A stretch of DNA of 64,000 nt from Eledone cirrhosa (Eukaryota). The notes under the pieces were generated by a model. That model was given only the letters and a program-made list of their open reading frames with translations, ran no database searches and was not told where the DNA came from. Within the stretch, counting starts at the first letter, position 1, and each line of letters opens with the position of its first letter. Location of the stretch: assembly GCA_964016885.1 (NCBI GenBank), contig OZ024741.1:250976001-251040000 (forward strand), given 5' to 3'. Below are positions 11,616 through 26,000 of this stretch, piece after piece. The position numbers and the translations under genes were made by a program.

Positions 11616-14600
11616 GTCCAAGGGGAGATAATTTACAGCCGTCCAAGGGGAGATAAATTCCAGCCTCCAAGGGGAGATAATTTCCAGCCAGCCAAGGGGA
11701 GATAATTTGTAAAAAAATCAGGGGGAGATAATTTGTAAAAAAAAATCAGGGGGAGATGATTTGTAAAAAAAAATCAGGGGGAGATAATTTGTAAAAAAAA
11801 ATCAGAGGGAGATAATTTGTAAAAAAATCAAGGGGAGATAATTTCCAGCCGTCCAAGGGGAGATAATTTTCAGCCGTCCAAGGAGAGGTAATTTCTAGCC
11901 GTCCAAGGGGAGATAATTTCCAGCCGTCCAAGGGGAGATAATTTCCAGCCGTCCAAGGGAAGATAATTTCCAGCCCTCCAAGGGGCTATAATTTCCAGCG
12001 TCCAAGGGGAGATAATTTCCAGCCAGCGAAGGGGAGATAATTTTTTTTTAAAAATCACTGGGAGATTTGTAAAAAAAATCAGGGGGAGATAATTTGTAAA
12101 AAAAATCAAGGGGAGATAATTTCCAGCCGTCCAAAGAGAGATAATTTCTAGCCGTCCAAGGGGAGATAATTTGCAGCCAACGGGAGATAATTTCCAGCCG
12201 TCCAAGGGGAGATAATTTTTTCAAAAATCAGGAGATAATTTGTAAAAAAAATCAGGGGGAGATAATTTGTAAAAACAAAATCAAGGGCAGATAATTTCCA
12301 GCCGTCCAAGGGGAGATAATTTCCAGCCGTGCAAGGGGAGATGATTTGTAAAAAAAATCATGGGGAGATAATTTCCATCCAGCCAAGGGGAGATAATTTT
12401 AAAAAAATCAGGCGGAGATAATTTGTAAAAAAAAAAATCAGGGGGAGATAATTTGTAAAAAAATATCAGGGGGAGATAATTTGTAAAAAAAATCAAGGGG
12501 AGATAATTTCCAGCCGTCCAAGGGGAGATAATTTCCAGCCAGCGAAGAGGAGATAATTTTTTTTTTTAAATCAGGGGTAGATTGGTAAAAAAAAATCACG
12601 GGGAGATAATTTGTAAAAAAATCAAGGGGAGATAATTTCCAGCCGTCGAAGGAGAGATAATTTATAGCCGTCCAAGGGGAGATAATTTCAAGCAAGCCAA
12701 AGGAGATAATTTTTTTTAAAAATCAGGCGGAGATGATTTGTAAAAAAAATCAGGTGGAGATAATTTGTTAAAAAAAATCATGGGGCGATAATTTCCAGAC
12801 GTCCAAGGGGAGATAATTTCCAGCCGTCCAAGGGGAGATAATTTTTTTTTTTAAATCAGGGGAGATAATTTGTAAAAAAAATCAGGGGGAGATAATTTGT
12901 GAAAAAAATCAGGAGGAGATAATTTGTAAAAAAAAATCAGGGGCAGCTAATTTAAAAAAATATCAGGGGGAGATAATTTCCAGCCAGCCAAGGGGAGATA
13001 ATTTGTAAAAAAAATCAATGGGAGATAATTTCCAGCCGTCCAAGGGGAGATAATTTCCAGCCGTCCAAGGGGAGATAATTTTTAAAAAATAATCAGGCGG
13101 AGATAAGTTGTAAAAAAAAATCAGGGGGAGATAATTTGTAAAAAAAAATCAGGGGGAGATAATTTGTAAAAAGAATCAAGGGGAAATAATTTCCAGCCGT
13201 CCAAAGAGAGATAATTTCTAGCCGTCCAAGGGGAGATAATTTCCAGCCAAGGGGAGATAATTTCCAGCCGTCCAAGGGGAGATAATTTCCAGCCGTGCAA
13301 GGGGAGATAATTTCCAGCCGTCCAAGGGGAGATAATTTCCATCCTTCCAAAGGGAGATAATTTCCAGCCGTCCAAGGGCAGATAATTTCCCGCCAGCCAA
13401 GGGAAGATAATATTTTAAAAAATCAGGCGGAGATAATTTGTAAAAAAAATCAGGGGGAGATAATTTGTAAAAAAATCAGGGGGAGATAATTTGTAAAAAA
13501 AAATCAGGGGGAGATAATTTGTAAAAAAAAATCAGGGGGAGATAATTTGTAAAAAAAATATCAGGGGGAGATAATTTGTAAAAAAAAATCAGGCGGAGAT
13601 AATTTGTAAAAAAAATCAAGGGGAGATAATTTCCAGCCGTCCAAGGGGAGATAATTTCCAGCCGTCCAAGGGCAGATAATTTCCAGCCGTCCAAGGAGAG
13701 ATAATTTCCAGCCGTCCAAGGGCAGATAATTTCCAGCCATCCAAGGAGAGGTAATTTCTAGCCGTCCAAGGGGAGATAATTTCCAGCCTCCAAGGGGAGA
13801 TAATTTCCAGCCAGCCAAGGGGAGATAATTTGTAAAAAAAATCAGGAGATAATTTGTAAAAAAAAATCAGGGGGAGATAATTTGTAAAAACAAAATCAAG
13901 GGCAGATAATTTCCAGCCGTCCAATGGGAGATAATTTCCAGCAGTGCAAGGGGAGATAATTTCCAGCCGTCCAAGGGGAGATAATTTCCATCCTTCCAAG
14001 GGGAGATAATTTCCAGCCGTCCAAGGGGAGATAATTTCCCGCCAGCCAAGGGAAGATAATATTTAAAAAAAACAGGCGGAGATAATTTGTAAAAAAAATC
14101 AGGGGGAGATAATTTGTAAAAAAATCGGGGGGAGATAATTTGTAAAAAAAAATCAGGGGGAGATAATTTGTAAAAAAAAATCAGGGGGAGATAATTTGTA
14201 AAAAAAAATCAGGGGTAGATAATTTGTAAAAAAAAATCAGGGGGAGATAATTTGGAAAAAAAATCAAGGGGAGATAATTTCCAGCCGTCCAAGGGGAGAT
14301 AATTTCCAGCCGTCAAAGGGGAGATAATTTTTTAAAAAAATCAGGCGGAGATAATTTGTAAAAAAAAAATCAGGGGGAGATAATTTGTAAAAAAATCAAG
14401 GGGAGATAATTTTCAGCCGTCCAAGGGGAGATAATTTTCAGCCGTCCAAGGAGAGGTAATTTCTAGCCGTTCAAGGGGAGATAATTTCCAGCCGTCCAAG
14501 GGGAGATAATTTCCAGCCGTCCAAGCGGAGATAATTTTAAAAAAAAATCAGGCGGAGCTAATTTGTAAAAAAATAATCAGGTGCAGATAATTTGTAAAAA

Positions 14601-17160
14601 AAATCAGGGGGAGATAATTTGTATACAAAATCAAGGGGAGATAATTTCCAGCCGTCCAAGGCGAGATAATTTCCAGCCGTCCAAGGGGAGATAATTTACA
14701 GCTGTCCAAGGAGAGGTAATTTCTAGGCGTCCAAGGGGAGATAATTTCCAGCCGTCCAAGGGGAGATAATTTCCAGCCAGCCAAGGGGAGATAATTTCCA
14801 GCCAGCCAAGGGGAGATATTTGTAAAAAAATCAGGGAGAGATAATTTGTAAAAAAAAAATCAGGGGTAGATAATTTGTAGAAGACATAAAGGGGAGATAA
14901 TTTCCAGCCGTCCAAGGGGAGAAAATTTCCATCCAGCCAAGGGGAGATAATTTTTTAAAAAAAATCAGGCGGAGATAATTTGTAAAAAAAAATCAAGGGG
15001 AGTTAATTAGTAAAAAAAATCAAGGGGAGATAATTTCCAGCCGTCCAACGGGAGATAATTTCCAGCCGTCCAAGGGGTGATAATTTCCAGCCGTTCAAGG
15101 GGAGATAATTTCCAGCCGTCCAAGGGGAGATAATTTACGGCCGTCCAAGGGGAGATAAATTCCAGCCTCCAAGGGGAGATAATTTCCAGCCAGCCAAGGG
15201 GAGATAATTTGTAAAAAAATCAGGGGGAGATAATTTGTAAAAAAAAATCAGGGGGAGATGATTTGTAAAAAAAAATCAGGGGGAGATGATTTGTAAAAAA
15301 AAATCAGGGGGAGATAATTTGTAAAAAAATCAAGGGGAGATAATTTCCAGCCGTCCAAGGGGAGATAATTTTCAGCCGTCCAAGGAGAGGTAATTTCTAG
15401 CCGTCCAAGGGGAGATAATTTCCAGCCGTCCAAGGGGAGATAATTTCCAGCCGTCCAAGGGAAGATAATTTCCAGCCCTCCAAGGGGCTATAATTTCCAG
15501 CGTCCAAGGGGAGATAATTTCCAGCCAGCGAAGGGGAGATAATTTTTTTTTAAAAATCACTGGGAGATTTGTAAAAAAAATCAGGGGGAGATAATTTGTA
15601 AAAAAAATCAAGGGGAGATAATTTCCAGCCGTCCAAAGAGAGATAATTTCTAGCCGTCCAAGGGGAGATAATTTGCAGCCAACGGGAGATAATTTCCAGC
15701 CGTCCAAGGGGAGATAATTTTTTCAAAAATCAGGAGATAATTTGTAAAAAAAATCAGGGGGAGATAATTTGTAAAAACAAAATCAAGGGCAGATAATTTC
15801 CAGCCGTCCAAGGGGAGATAATTTCCAGCCGTGCAATGGGAGATAATTTGTAAAAAAAATCAGGGGGAGATAATTTCCATCCAGCCAAGGGGAGATAATT
15901 TCAAAAAAATCAGGCGGAGATAATTTGTAAAAAAAAAAATCAGGGGGAGATAATTTGGAAAAAAATATCAGGGGGAGATAATTTGTAAAAAAAATCAAGG
16001 GGAGATAATTTCCAGCCGTCCAAGGGGAGATAATTTCCAGCCAGCGAAGAGGAGATAATTTTTTTTTTTAAATCAGGGGTAGATTGGTAAAAAAAAATCA
16101 CGGGGAGATAATTTGTAAAAAAATCAAGGGGAGATAATTTCCAGCCGTCGAAGGAGAGATAATTTATAGCCGTCCAAGGGGAGATAATTTCCAGCAAGCC
16201 AAAGGAGATAATTTTTTTTAAAAATCAGGCGGAGATGATTTGTAAAAAAAATCAGGTGGAGATAATTTGTTAAAAAAAATCATGGGGCGATAATTTCCAG
16301 CCGTCCAAGGGGAGATAATTTCCAGCCGTCCAAGGGGAGATAATTTTTTTTTTTAAATCAGGGGAGATAATTTGTAAAAAAAATCAGGGGGAGATAATTT
16401 GTGAAAAAAATCAGGAGGAGATAATTTGTAAAAAAAAATCAGGGGGAGCTAATTTAAAAAAATATCAGGGGGAGATAATTTCCAGCCAGCCAAGGGGAGA
16501 TAATTTCCAGCCAGCCAAGGGGAGATAATTTGTAAAAAAAATCAATGGGAGATAATTTCCAGCCGTCCAAGGGGAGATAATTTCCAGCCGTCCAAGGGGA
16601 GATAATTTTTAAAAAATAATCAGGCGGAGATAAGTTGTAAAAAAAATCAGGGGGAAATAATTTGTAAAAAAAAATCAGGGGGAGATAATTTGTAAAAAGA
16701 ATCAAGGGGAAATAATTTCCAGCCGTCCAAAGAGAGATAATTTCTAGCCGTCCAAGGGGAGATAATTTCCAGCCAAGGGGAGATAATTTCCAGCCGTCCA
16801 AGGGGAGATAATTTCCAGCCGTGCAAGGGGAGATAATTTCCAGCCGTCCAAGGGGAGATAATTTCCATCCTTCCAAAGGGAGATAATTTCCAGCCGTCCA
16901 AGGGCAGATAATTTCCCGCCAGCCAAGGGAAGATAATATTTTAAAAAATCAGGCGGAGATAATTTGTAAAAAAAATCAGGGGGAGATAATTTGTAAAAAA
17001 ATCAGGGGGAGATAATTTGTAAAAAAAAATCAGGGGGAGATAATTTGTAAAAAAAAAATCAAGGGGAGATAATTTGTAAAAAAAAAATCAGGGGGAGATA
17101 ATTTGTAAAAAAAATCAGGCGGAGATAATTTGTAAAAAAAATCAAGGGGAGATAATTTCC
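10115..17160 (+). repeat. Tandem duplication of a ~3.5-kb higher-order unit (~10115-13620; ~13620-17160)
   Basis: ORF offsets of 3502-3504 (10363/13867, 11746/15248, 12281/15783, 12438/15940), then 3526 (13121/16647). Rare variants TCACGGGG, GTCGAAGG and TCATGGGGCG occur in both copies. Confidence 0.9.
13405..13620 (+). repeat. Representative long type B run (~8 x 26-29-bp AGGGGGAGATAATTTGT(A)nTC, opened by a junction variant)
   Basis: Consecutive B monomers differ mainly in poly(A) length. Similar runs lie at ~740-950, ~17480-17710 and ~30410-30640. Confidence 0.9.
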
Positions 17161-17399
17161 AGCCGTCCAAAGAGAGATAATTTCTAGCCGTCCAAGGGGA
17201 GATAATTTCCAGCCAAGGGGAGATAATTTCCAGCCGTCCAAGGGGAGATAATTTTTTAAAAAATCAGGTGGAGATAATTTGTAAAAAAAATCAGGGGAAC
17301 ATAATTTGTAAAAACAAAATCAAGGGCAGATAATTTCCAGCAGTGCAAGGGGAGATAATTTCCAGCAGTGCAAGGGGAGATAATTTCCAGCCGTCCAAG

Positions 17400-20300
17400 G
17401 GGAGATAATTTCCATCCTTCCAAGGGGAGATAATTTCCAGGCGTCCAAGGGGAGATAATTTCCCGCCAGCCAAGGGAAGATAATATTTAAAAAAATCAGG
17501 CGATAATTTGTAAAAAAAATCAGGGGGAGATAATTTGTAAAAAAATCAGGGGGAAATAATTTGTAAAAAAAAACAGGGGGAGATAATTTGTAAAAAAAAA
17601 TCAGGGGGAGATAATTTGGAAAAAAAAATCAGGGGTAGATAATTTGGAAAAAAAAATCAGGGGGAGATAATTTGTAAAAAAAAATCAGGGGGAGATAATT
17701 TGTAAAAAAATCAAGGGGAGATAATTTCCAGCCGTCCAAGCGGAGATAATTTTCAGCCGTCCAAGGAGAGGTAATTTCTAGCCGTTCAAGGGGAGATAAT
17801 TTCCAGCCGTCCAAGGGGAGATAATTTCCAGCCGTCCAAGGGGAGATAATTTTAAAAAAAAATCAGGCGGAGCTAATTTGTAAAAAAATAATCAGGGGCA
17901 GATAATTTGTAAAAAAAAATCAGGGGGAGATAATTTGTATACAAAATCAAGGGGAGATAATTTCCAACCGTCCAAGGGGAGATAATTTACAGCTGTCCAA
18001 GGAGAGGTAATTTCTAGGCGTCCAAGGGTAGATAATTTCCAGCCGTCCAAGGGGAGATAATTTCCAGCCAGCCAAGGGGAGATAATTTCCAGCCAGCCAA
18101 GGGGAGATATTTGTAAAAAAAAATCAGGGAGAGATAATTTGTAAAAAAAAAATCAGGGGTAGATAATTTGTAGAAGACATAAAGGTGAGATAATTTCCAG
18201 CCGTCCAAGGGGAGAAAATTTACATCCAGCCAAGGGGAGATAATTTTTTAAAAAAAATCAGGCGGAGATAATTTGTAAAAAAAAATCAGGGGGAGATAAT
18301 TTCCAGCCGTCCAAGGGGAGATAATTTCCAGCCCTACAAGCAGCTATAATTTCCAGCCGTCCAAAGGGAGATAATTTCCAGCCAGCGAAGGGGAGATAAT
18401 TTTTTTTTAAATTAGGGGGAGATTTGCAAAAAAAATCAGGGGGAGATAATTTGTAAAAAAAATCAAGGGGAAATAATTTCCAGACGTCCAAGGGGAGATA
18501 ATTTCCAGCCGTCCAAGGAGAGATAATTTCCAGCCGTCCAAGGGGAGATAATTTCCAGCCGTTCAAGGGGAGATGATTTCCAGCCGTCCAAGGAGAGGTA
18601 ATTTCTAGCCGTCCAAGGGGAGATAATTTCCAGCCGTCCAAGGGGAGATAAATTCCAGCCTCCAAAGGGAGATAATTTCCAGCCAGCCAAGGGGAGATAA
18701 TTTGTAAAAAAATCAGGGGGAGATAATTTGTAAAAAAAAATCAGGGGGAGATAATTTGTAAAAAAAATCAGGGGGAGATAATTTGTAAAAAAAAATCAGG
18801 GGGAGATAATTTGTAAAAAAAATCAAGGGGAGATAATTTCCAGCCGTCCAAGGGGAGATAATTTTCAGCCGTCCAAGGAGAGGTAAGTTCTAGCCGTCCA
18901 AGGGGAGATAATTTCCAGCCGTCCAAGGGTAGATAATTTCCAGCCGTCCAAGGGGAGATAATTTTTTTAAAAAAATCAGGCGGAGATAATTTGTAAAAAA
19001 AAAATCAGGGGGAGATAATTTGTAAAAAAAAATCGGGGAGATAATTTGTAAAAAAAAATCAGGGGGAGATAATATGTAAAAAAAATCAAGGGGAGATAAT
19101 TTCCAGCCGTCCAAGGGAAGATAATTTCCAGCCCTCCAAGGGGCTATAATTTCCAGCGTCCAAGGGGAGATAATTTCCAGCCAGCGAAAGGGAGATAATT
19201 TTTTTTAAAAAATCACTGTGAGATTTGTAAAAAAAATCAGGGGGAGATAATTTGTAAAAAAAAAATCAGGGGAGATAATTTGTAAAAAAAATCAGGCGGA
19301 GATAATTTGTAAAAAAAATCAAGGGGAGATAATTTTCAGCCGTCCAAGGAGAGGTAATTTCTAGCCGTCCAAGGGGAGATAATTTCCAGCCGTCCAAGGG
19401 GAGATAATTTCCAGCCGTCCAAGGGGAGATAATTTTTTTTAAAAAATCAGGCGGAGATAATTTGTAAAAAAAAAATCAGGGGGAGATAATTTGTAAAAAA
19501 AAATCAGGGGGAGATAATTTGTAAAAAAATCAAGGGGAGATAATTTCCAGCCGTCCAAGGGAAGATAATTTCCAGCCTCCAAGGGGCTATAATTTCCAGC
19601 GTCCAAGGGGAGATAATTTCCAGCCAGCGAAGGGGAGATAATTTTTTTTTAAAAATCACTGGGAGATTTGTAAAAAAAATCAGGGGGAGATAATTTGTAA
19701 AAAGAATCAAGGGGAGATAATTTCCAGCCGTCCAAAGAGAGATAATTTCAAGCCGTGCAAGGGGAGATAATTTCCAGCCGTCCAAGGGGAGATAATTTTT
19801 TTAAATATCAGGTGGAGATAATTTGTAAAAAAAATCAGGGGGAGATAATTTGTAAAAACAAAATCAATGGCAGATAATTTCCAGCCGTCCAAGGGGAGAT
19901 AATTTCCAGCCGTGCAAGGGGAGATAATTTGTAAAAAAAATCAGGGGGAGATAATTTCCAGCCGTCCAAGGGGAGATAATTTTCAGCCGTCCAAGGAGAG
20001 GTAATTTCTAGCCGTCCAAGGGAAGATAATTTCCAGCCGTGCAAGGGGAGATAATTTCCAGCCGTCCAAGGGGAGATAATTTCCATCCTTCCAAGGGGAG
20101 ATAATTTCCAGTCGTCCAAGGGGAGATAATTTCCAGCCGTTCAAGGGGAGATAATTTCTAGCCGTCCAAGGGGAGATAATTTCCAGCCGTCCAAGGGGAG
20201 ATAAATTCCAGCCTCCAAGGGGAGATAATTTCCACCCAGCCAAGGGGAGATAATTTGTAAAAAAATCAGGGGGAGATAATTTGTAAAAAAAAATCAGGGG

Positions 20301-22730
20301 GAGATAATTTGTAAAAAAAATCAGGGGTGATAATATGTAAAAAAAATCAAGGGGAGATAATTTCCAGCCGTCCAAGGGAAGATAATTTCCAGCCCTCCAA
20401 GGGGCTATAATTTCCAGCGTCCAAGGGGAGGTAATTTCCAGCCAGCGAAGAGGAGATAATTTTTTTTTAAAAATCACTGGGAGATTTGTAAAAAAAATCA
20501 GGGGGAGATAATTTGTAAAAAAAATCAAGGGGAGATAATTTCCAGCCGTCCAAAGAGAGATAATTTCTAGCCGTCCAAGGGGAGATAATTTCCAGCCAAG
20601 GGGAGATAATTTCCAGCCGTCCAAGGGGAGATAATTTTTTTAAATATCAGGTGGAGATAATTTGTAAAAAAAATCAGGGGGAGATAATTTGTAAAAACAA
20701 AATCAAGGGCAGATAATTTCCAGCCGTCCAAGGGGAGATAATTTCCAGCCGTGCAAGGGGAGATAATTTGTAAAAAAAATCAGGGGGAGATAATTTCCAG
20801 CCGTCCAAGGGGAAATAATTTTCAGCCGTCCAAGGAGAGGTAATTTCTAGCCGTCCAAGGGGAGATAATTTCCAGCCGTGCAAGGGGAGATAATTTCCAG
20901 CCGTCCAAGGGGAGATAATTTCCATCCTTCCAAGGGGAGATAATTTCCAGGCGTCCAAGGGGAGATAATTTCCCGCCAGCCAAGGGAAGATAATATTTAA
21001 AAAAATCAGGCGGAGATAATTTGTAAAATAAATCAGGGGGAGATAATTTGTAAAAAAATCAGGGGGAAATAATTTGTAAAAAAAAACAGGGGGAGATAAT
21101 TTCCAGCCGTCCAAGGGGAGATAATTTTCAGCCGTCCAAGGAGAGGTAATTTCTAGCCGTTCAAGGGGAGATAATTTCCAGCCGTCCAAGGGGAGATAAT
21201 TTCCAGCCGTCCAAGGGGAGATAATTTTAAAAAAAAATCAGGCGGAGCTAATTTGTAAAAAAATAATCAGGGGCAGATAATTTGTAAAAAAAAATCAGGG
21301 GGAGATAATTTGTATACAAAATCAAGGGGAGATAATTTCCAACCGTCCAAGGCGAGATAATTTCCAGCCGTCCAAGGGGAGATAATTTACAGCTGTCCAA
21401 GGAGAGGTAATTTCTAGGCGTCCAAGGGGAGATAATTTCCAGCCGTCCAAGGGGAGATAATTTCCAGCCAGCCAAGGGGAGATAATTTCCAGCCAGCCAA
21501 GGGGAGATATTTGTAAAAAAAATCAGGGAGAGATAATTTGTAAAAAAAAAATCAGGGGTAGATAATTTGTAGAAGACATAAAGGTGAGATAATTTCCAGC
21601 CGTCCAAGGGGAGAAAATTTACATCCAGCCAAGGGGAGATAATTTTTTTAAAAAAATCAGGCGGAGATAATTTGTAAAAAAAAATCAGGGGGAGATAATT
21701 TCCAGCCGTCCAAGGGGAGATAATTTGCAGCCCTACAAGCAGCTATAATTTCCAGCCGTCCAAAGGGAGATAATTTCCAGCCAGCGAAGGGGAGATAATT
21801 TTTTTTTAAATTAGGGGGAGATTTGCAAAAAAAATCAGGGGGAGATAATTTGTAAAAAAAAATCAAGGGGAAATAATTTCCAGCCGTCCAAGGGGAGATA
21901 ATTTCCAGCCGTCCAAGGGGAGATAATTTCCAGCCGTCCAAGGAGAGTTAATTTCTAGCCGTCCAAGGGGAGATAATTTCCAGCCGTCCAAGGGGAGATA
22001 ATTTCCAGCCGTCCAACGGGAGATAATTTCCAGCCGTTCAAGGGGAGATGATTTCCAGCCGTCCAAGGAGAGGTAATTTCTAGCCGTCCAAGGGGAGATA
22101 ATTTCCAGCCGTCCAAGGGGAGATAAATTCCAGCCTCCAAGGGGAAATAATTTCCAGCCAGCCAAGGGGAGATAATTTGTAAAAAAATCAGGGGGAGATA
22201 ATTTGTAAAAAAAAATCAGGGGGAGATAATTTGTAAAAAAAAATCAGGGGGAGATAATTTGTAAAAAAAATCAGGGGGAGATAATTTGTAAAAAAAATCA
22301 AGGGGAGATAATTTCCAGCCGTCCAAGGGGAGATAATTTTCAGCCGTCCAAGGAGAGGTAATTTCTAGCCGTCCAAGGGGAGATAATTTCCAGCCGTCCA
22401 AGGGTAGATAATTTCCAGCCGTCCAAGGGGAGATAATTTTTTTAAAAAAGATCAGGCGGAGATAATTTGTAAAAAAAAAATCAGGGGGAGATAATTTGTA
22501 AAAAAAAATCGGGGAGATAATTTGTAAAAAAATATCAGGGGGAGATAATATGTAAAAAAAATCAAGGGGAGATAATTTCCAGCCGTCCAAGGGAAGATAA
22601 TTTCCAGCCCTCCAAGGGGCTATAATTTCCAGCGTCCAAGGGGAGATAATTTCCAGCCAGCGAAAGGGAGATAATTTTTTTAAAAAAATCACTGTGAGAT
22701 TTGTAAAAAAAATCAGGCGTAGATAATTTG
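17400..22730 (+). repeat. Diverged ~3.4-kb-period duplication (~17400-19260 vs ~20900-22730)
   Basis: Marker GTAGAAGACATAAAGGTGAG at 18170 and 21569 (offset 3399). ORF pair 18258/21657. Shared CCCTACAAGCAGCTAT and GATTTGCAAAA variants. Confidence 0.82.
21865..22175 (+). repeat. Representative long type A run (~12 x 25-bp AAGGGGAGATAATTTCCAGCCGTCC)
   Basis: About 300 bp of consecutive A monomers with point variants. Paralogous runs lie at ~40045-40355, ~48050-48360 and ~61190-61500. Confidence 0.9.
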
Positions 22731-23029
22731 TAAAAAAAATCAAGGGGAGATAATTTCCAGCCGTCCAAGGGGAGATAATTTCCAGCCGTGCAAGGGGAGA
22801 TAATTTCCAGCCGTCCAAGGGAAGATAATTTCCATCCTTCCAAGGGGAGATAATTTCCAGCCGTCCAAGGGGAGATTATTTCCCGCCAGCCAAGGTAAGG
22901 TAATATTTAAAAAAATCAGGCGGAGATAATTTGTAAAATAAATCAGTGGGAGATAATTTGTAAAAAAAAAATCAGGGGGAGATAATTTGTAAAAAAAAAT
23001 CAGGCGGAGATAATTTGTAAAAAAAATCA

Positions 23030-26000
23030 AGGGGAGATAATTTCCAGCCGTTCAAGGGGAGATAATTTCTAGCCGTCCAAGGGGAGATAATTTCCAGCCG
23101 TCCAAGGGGAGATAAATTCCAGCCTCCAAGGGGAGATAATTTGTAAAAAAATCAGGGGGAGATAATTTGTAAAAAAAAATCAGGGGGAGATAATTTGTAA
23201 AAAAAAATCAGGGGTGATAATATGTAAAAAAAATCAAGGGGAGATAATTTCCAGCCGTCCAAGGGAAGATAATTTCCAGCCCTCCAAGGGGCTATAATTT
23301 CCAGCGTCCAAGGGGGGGTAATTTCCAGCCAGCGAAGGGGAGATAATTTTTTTTAAAAAATCACTGGGAGATTTGTAAAAGAAATCAGGGGGAGATAATT
23401 TGTAAAAAAAATCAAGGGGAGATAATTTCCAGCCGTCCAAAGAGAGATAATTTCTAGCCGTCCAAGGGGAGATAATTTCCAGCCAAGGGGAGATAATTTC
23501 CAGCCGTCCAAGGGGAGATAATTTTTTTAAATATCAGGTGGAGATAATTTGTAAAAAAAATCAGGGGGAGATAATTTGTAAAAACAAAATCAAGGGCAGA
23601 TAATTTCCAGCCGTCCAAGGGGAGATAATTTCCAGCCGTGCAAGGGGAGATAATTTGTAAAAAAATCAGGGGGAGATAATTTCCAGCCGTCCAAGGGGAG
23701 ATAATTTTCAGCCGTCCAAGGAGAGGTAATTTCTAGCCGTCCAAGGGGAGATAATTTCCAGCCGTGCAAGGGGAGATAATTTCCAGCCAGCCAAGGGGAG
23801 ATAATTTCCAGCCAGCCAAGGGGAGATAATTTCCACCCGTCCAAGGGGAGATAATTTCCATCCAGCCAAGGGGAAATAATTTTAAAACAATCAGGCGGAG
23901 ATAATTTGTAAAAAAAAAAATCAGGGGGAGATAATTTGTAAAAAAAAATCAGGGGGAGCTAATTTGTAAAAAAATATCAGGGGGAGATAATTTCCAGCCA
24001 GCCAAGGGGAGATAATTTCCAGCCAGCCAAGGGGAGATAATTTGTAAAAAAAATCAATGGGAGATAATTTCCAGCCGTCCAAGGGGAGATAATTTCCAGC
24101 CAGCCAACGGGAGATAATTTCCAGCCAGCCAAGGGGAGATATTTGTAAAAAAAAATCAGGGAGAGATAATTTGTAAAAAAAAAATCAGGGGTAGATAATT
24201 TGTAGAAGAAATCAAGGGGAGATAATTTCCAGCGGTCCAAGGGGAGATAATTTCCATCCAGCCAAGGGGAGATAATTTTTTTTTAAATATGAGGCGGAGA
24301 TAATTTGTAAAAAAAAATCAGGGTGAGATAATTAGTAAAAAAATCAAGGGGAGATAATTCCCAGCCGTCCAAGGGGAGATAATTTCCAGCCCTAAAAGCG
24401 GCTATAATTTCCAACCGTCCAAAGGAAGATAATTTCCAGCCAGCGAAGGGGAGATAATTTTTTTTTAAATTAGGGGGAGATTTGTAAAAAAAAATCAGGG
24501 GGAGATAATTTGTAAAAAAAATCAAGGGGAAATAATTTCCAGCCGTCCAAGGGGAGATAATTTCCAGCCGTCCAAGGGCAGATAATTTCCAGCCGTCCAA
24601 GGAGAGATAATTTCCAGCCGTCCAAGGGCAGATAATTTCCAGCCGTCCAAGGAGAGGTAATTTCTAGCCGTCCAAGGGGAGATAATTTCCAGCCTCCAAG
24701 GGGAGATAATTTCCAGCCAGCCAAGGGGAGATAATTTGAAAAAAAAATCAGGAGATAATTTGTAAAAAAAAATCAGGAGGAGATAATTTGTAAAAAAAAA
24801 TCAGGGGGAGATAATTTGTAAAAAAAAATCAGGGGGAGATAATTTGTAAAAAAAATCAAGGGGAGATAATTTCCAGCCGTCCAAGGGGAGATAATTTTCA
24901 GCCGTCCAAGGAGAGGTAATTTCTAGCCGTCCAAGGGGAGATAATTTCCAGCCGTCCAAAGGGAGATAATTTCCAGCCGTCCAAGGGGAGATAATTTAAA
25001 AAAAATCAGGTGGAGATAATTGGTAAAAAAAAAATCAGGGGGAGATAATTTGTAAAAAAAAATCAGGGGGAGATAATTTGTAAAAAAATCAAGGGGAGAT
25101 AATTTCCAGCCGTCCAAGGGGAGATAATTTTTTAAAAAATCAGGTGGAGATAATTTGTAAAAAAAATCAGGGGAAGATAATTTGTAAAATCAAAATCAAG
25201 GGCAGATAATTTCCAGCCGTCCAAGGGGAGATAATTTCCAGCAGTGCAAGGGGAGATAATTTCCAGCCGTCCAAGGGGATATAATTTCCATCCTTCCAAG
25301 GGGAGATAATTTCCAGGCGTCCAAGGGGAGATAATTTTCCGCCAGCCAAGGGAAGATCATATTTAAAAAAATCAGGCGGAGATAATTTGTAAAAAAAATC
25401 AGGGGGAGATAATTTGTAAAAAAATCAGGGTGAAATAATTTGTAAAAAAAAACAGGGGGAGATAATTTGTAAAAAAAAATCAGGGGGAGAAAATTTGAAA
25501 AAAAAATCAGGGGTAGCTAATTTGTAAAAAAAAATCAGGGGGAGATAATTTGTAAAAAAAAAATCAGGGGGAGATAATTTGTAAAAAGAATCAAGGGGAG
25601 ATAATTTCCAGCCGTCCAAAGAGAGATAATTTCTAGCCGTCCAAGGGGAGATAATTTCCAGCCGTCCAAGGGGAGATAATTTGTAAAAAAAATCAGGGGG
25701 AGATAATTTCCAGCCGTCCAAGGGGAGATAATTTTCAGCCGTCCAAGGAGAGGTAATTTCTAGCCGTCCAAGGGAAGATAATTTCCAGCCGTGCAAGGGG
25801 AGATAATTTCCAGCCGTCCAAGGGGAGATAATTTCCATCCTTCCAAGGGGAGATAATTTCCAGCCGTTCAAGGGGAGATAATTTCTAGCCGTCCAAGGGG
25901 AGATAATTTCCAGCCGTCCAAGGGGAGATAAATTCCAGCCTCCAAGGGGAGATAATTTGTAAAAAAATCAGGGGGAGATAATTTGTAAAAAAAAATCTGG

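Larger units (their letters stand above)
12510..25695 (+). repeat. Large segmental repeat, copy 1 (~13.2 kb); near-identical to ~30685-43895 (offset 18,174-18,200)
   Basis: Long collinear series of matching ORFs: 13093/31267, 15248/33423, 17629/35807, 19983/38161, 22562/40741, 24470/42649, 25425/43625. Confidence 0.93.
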
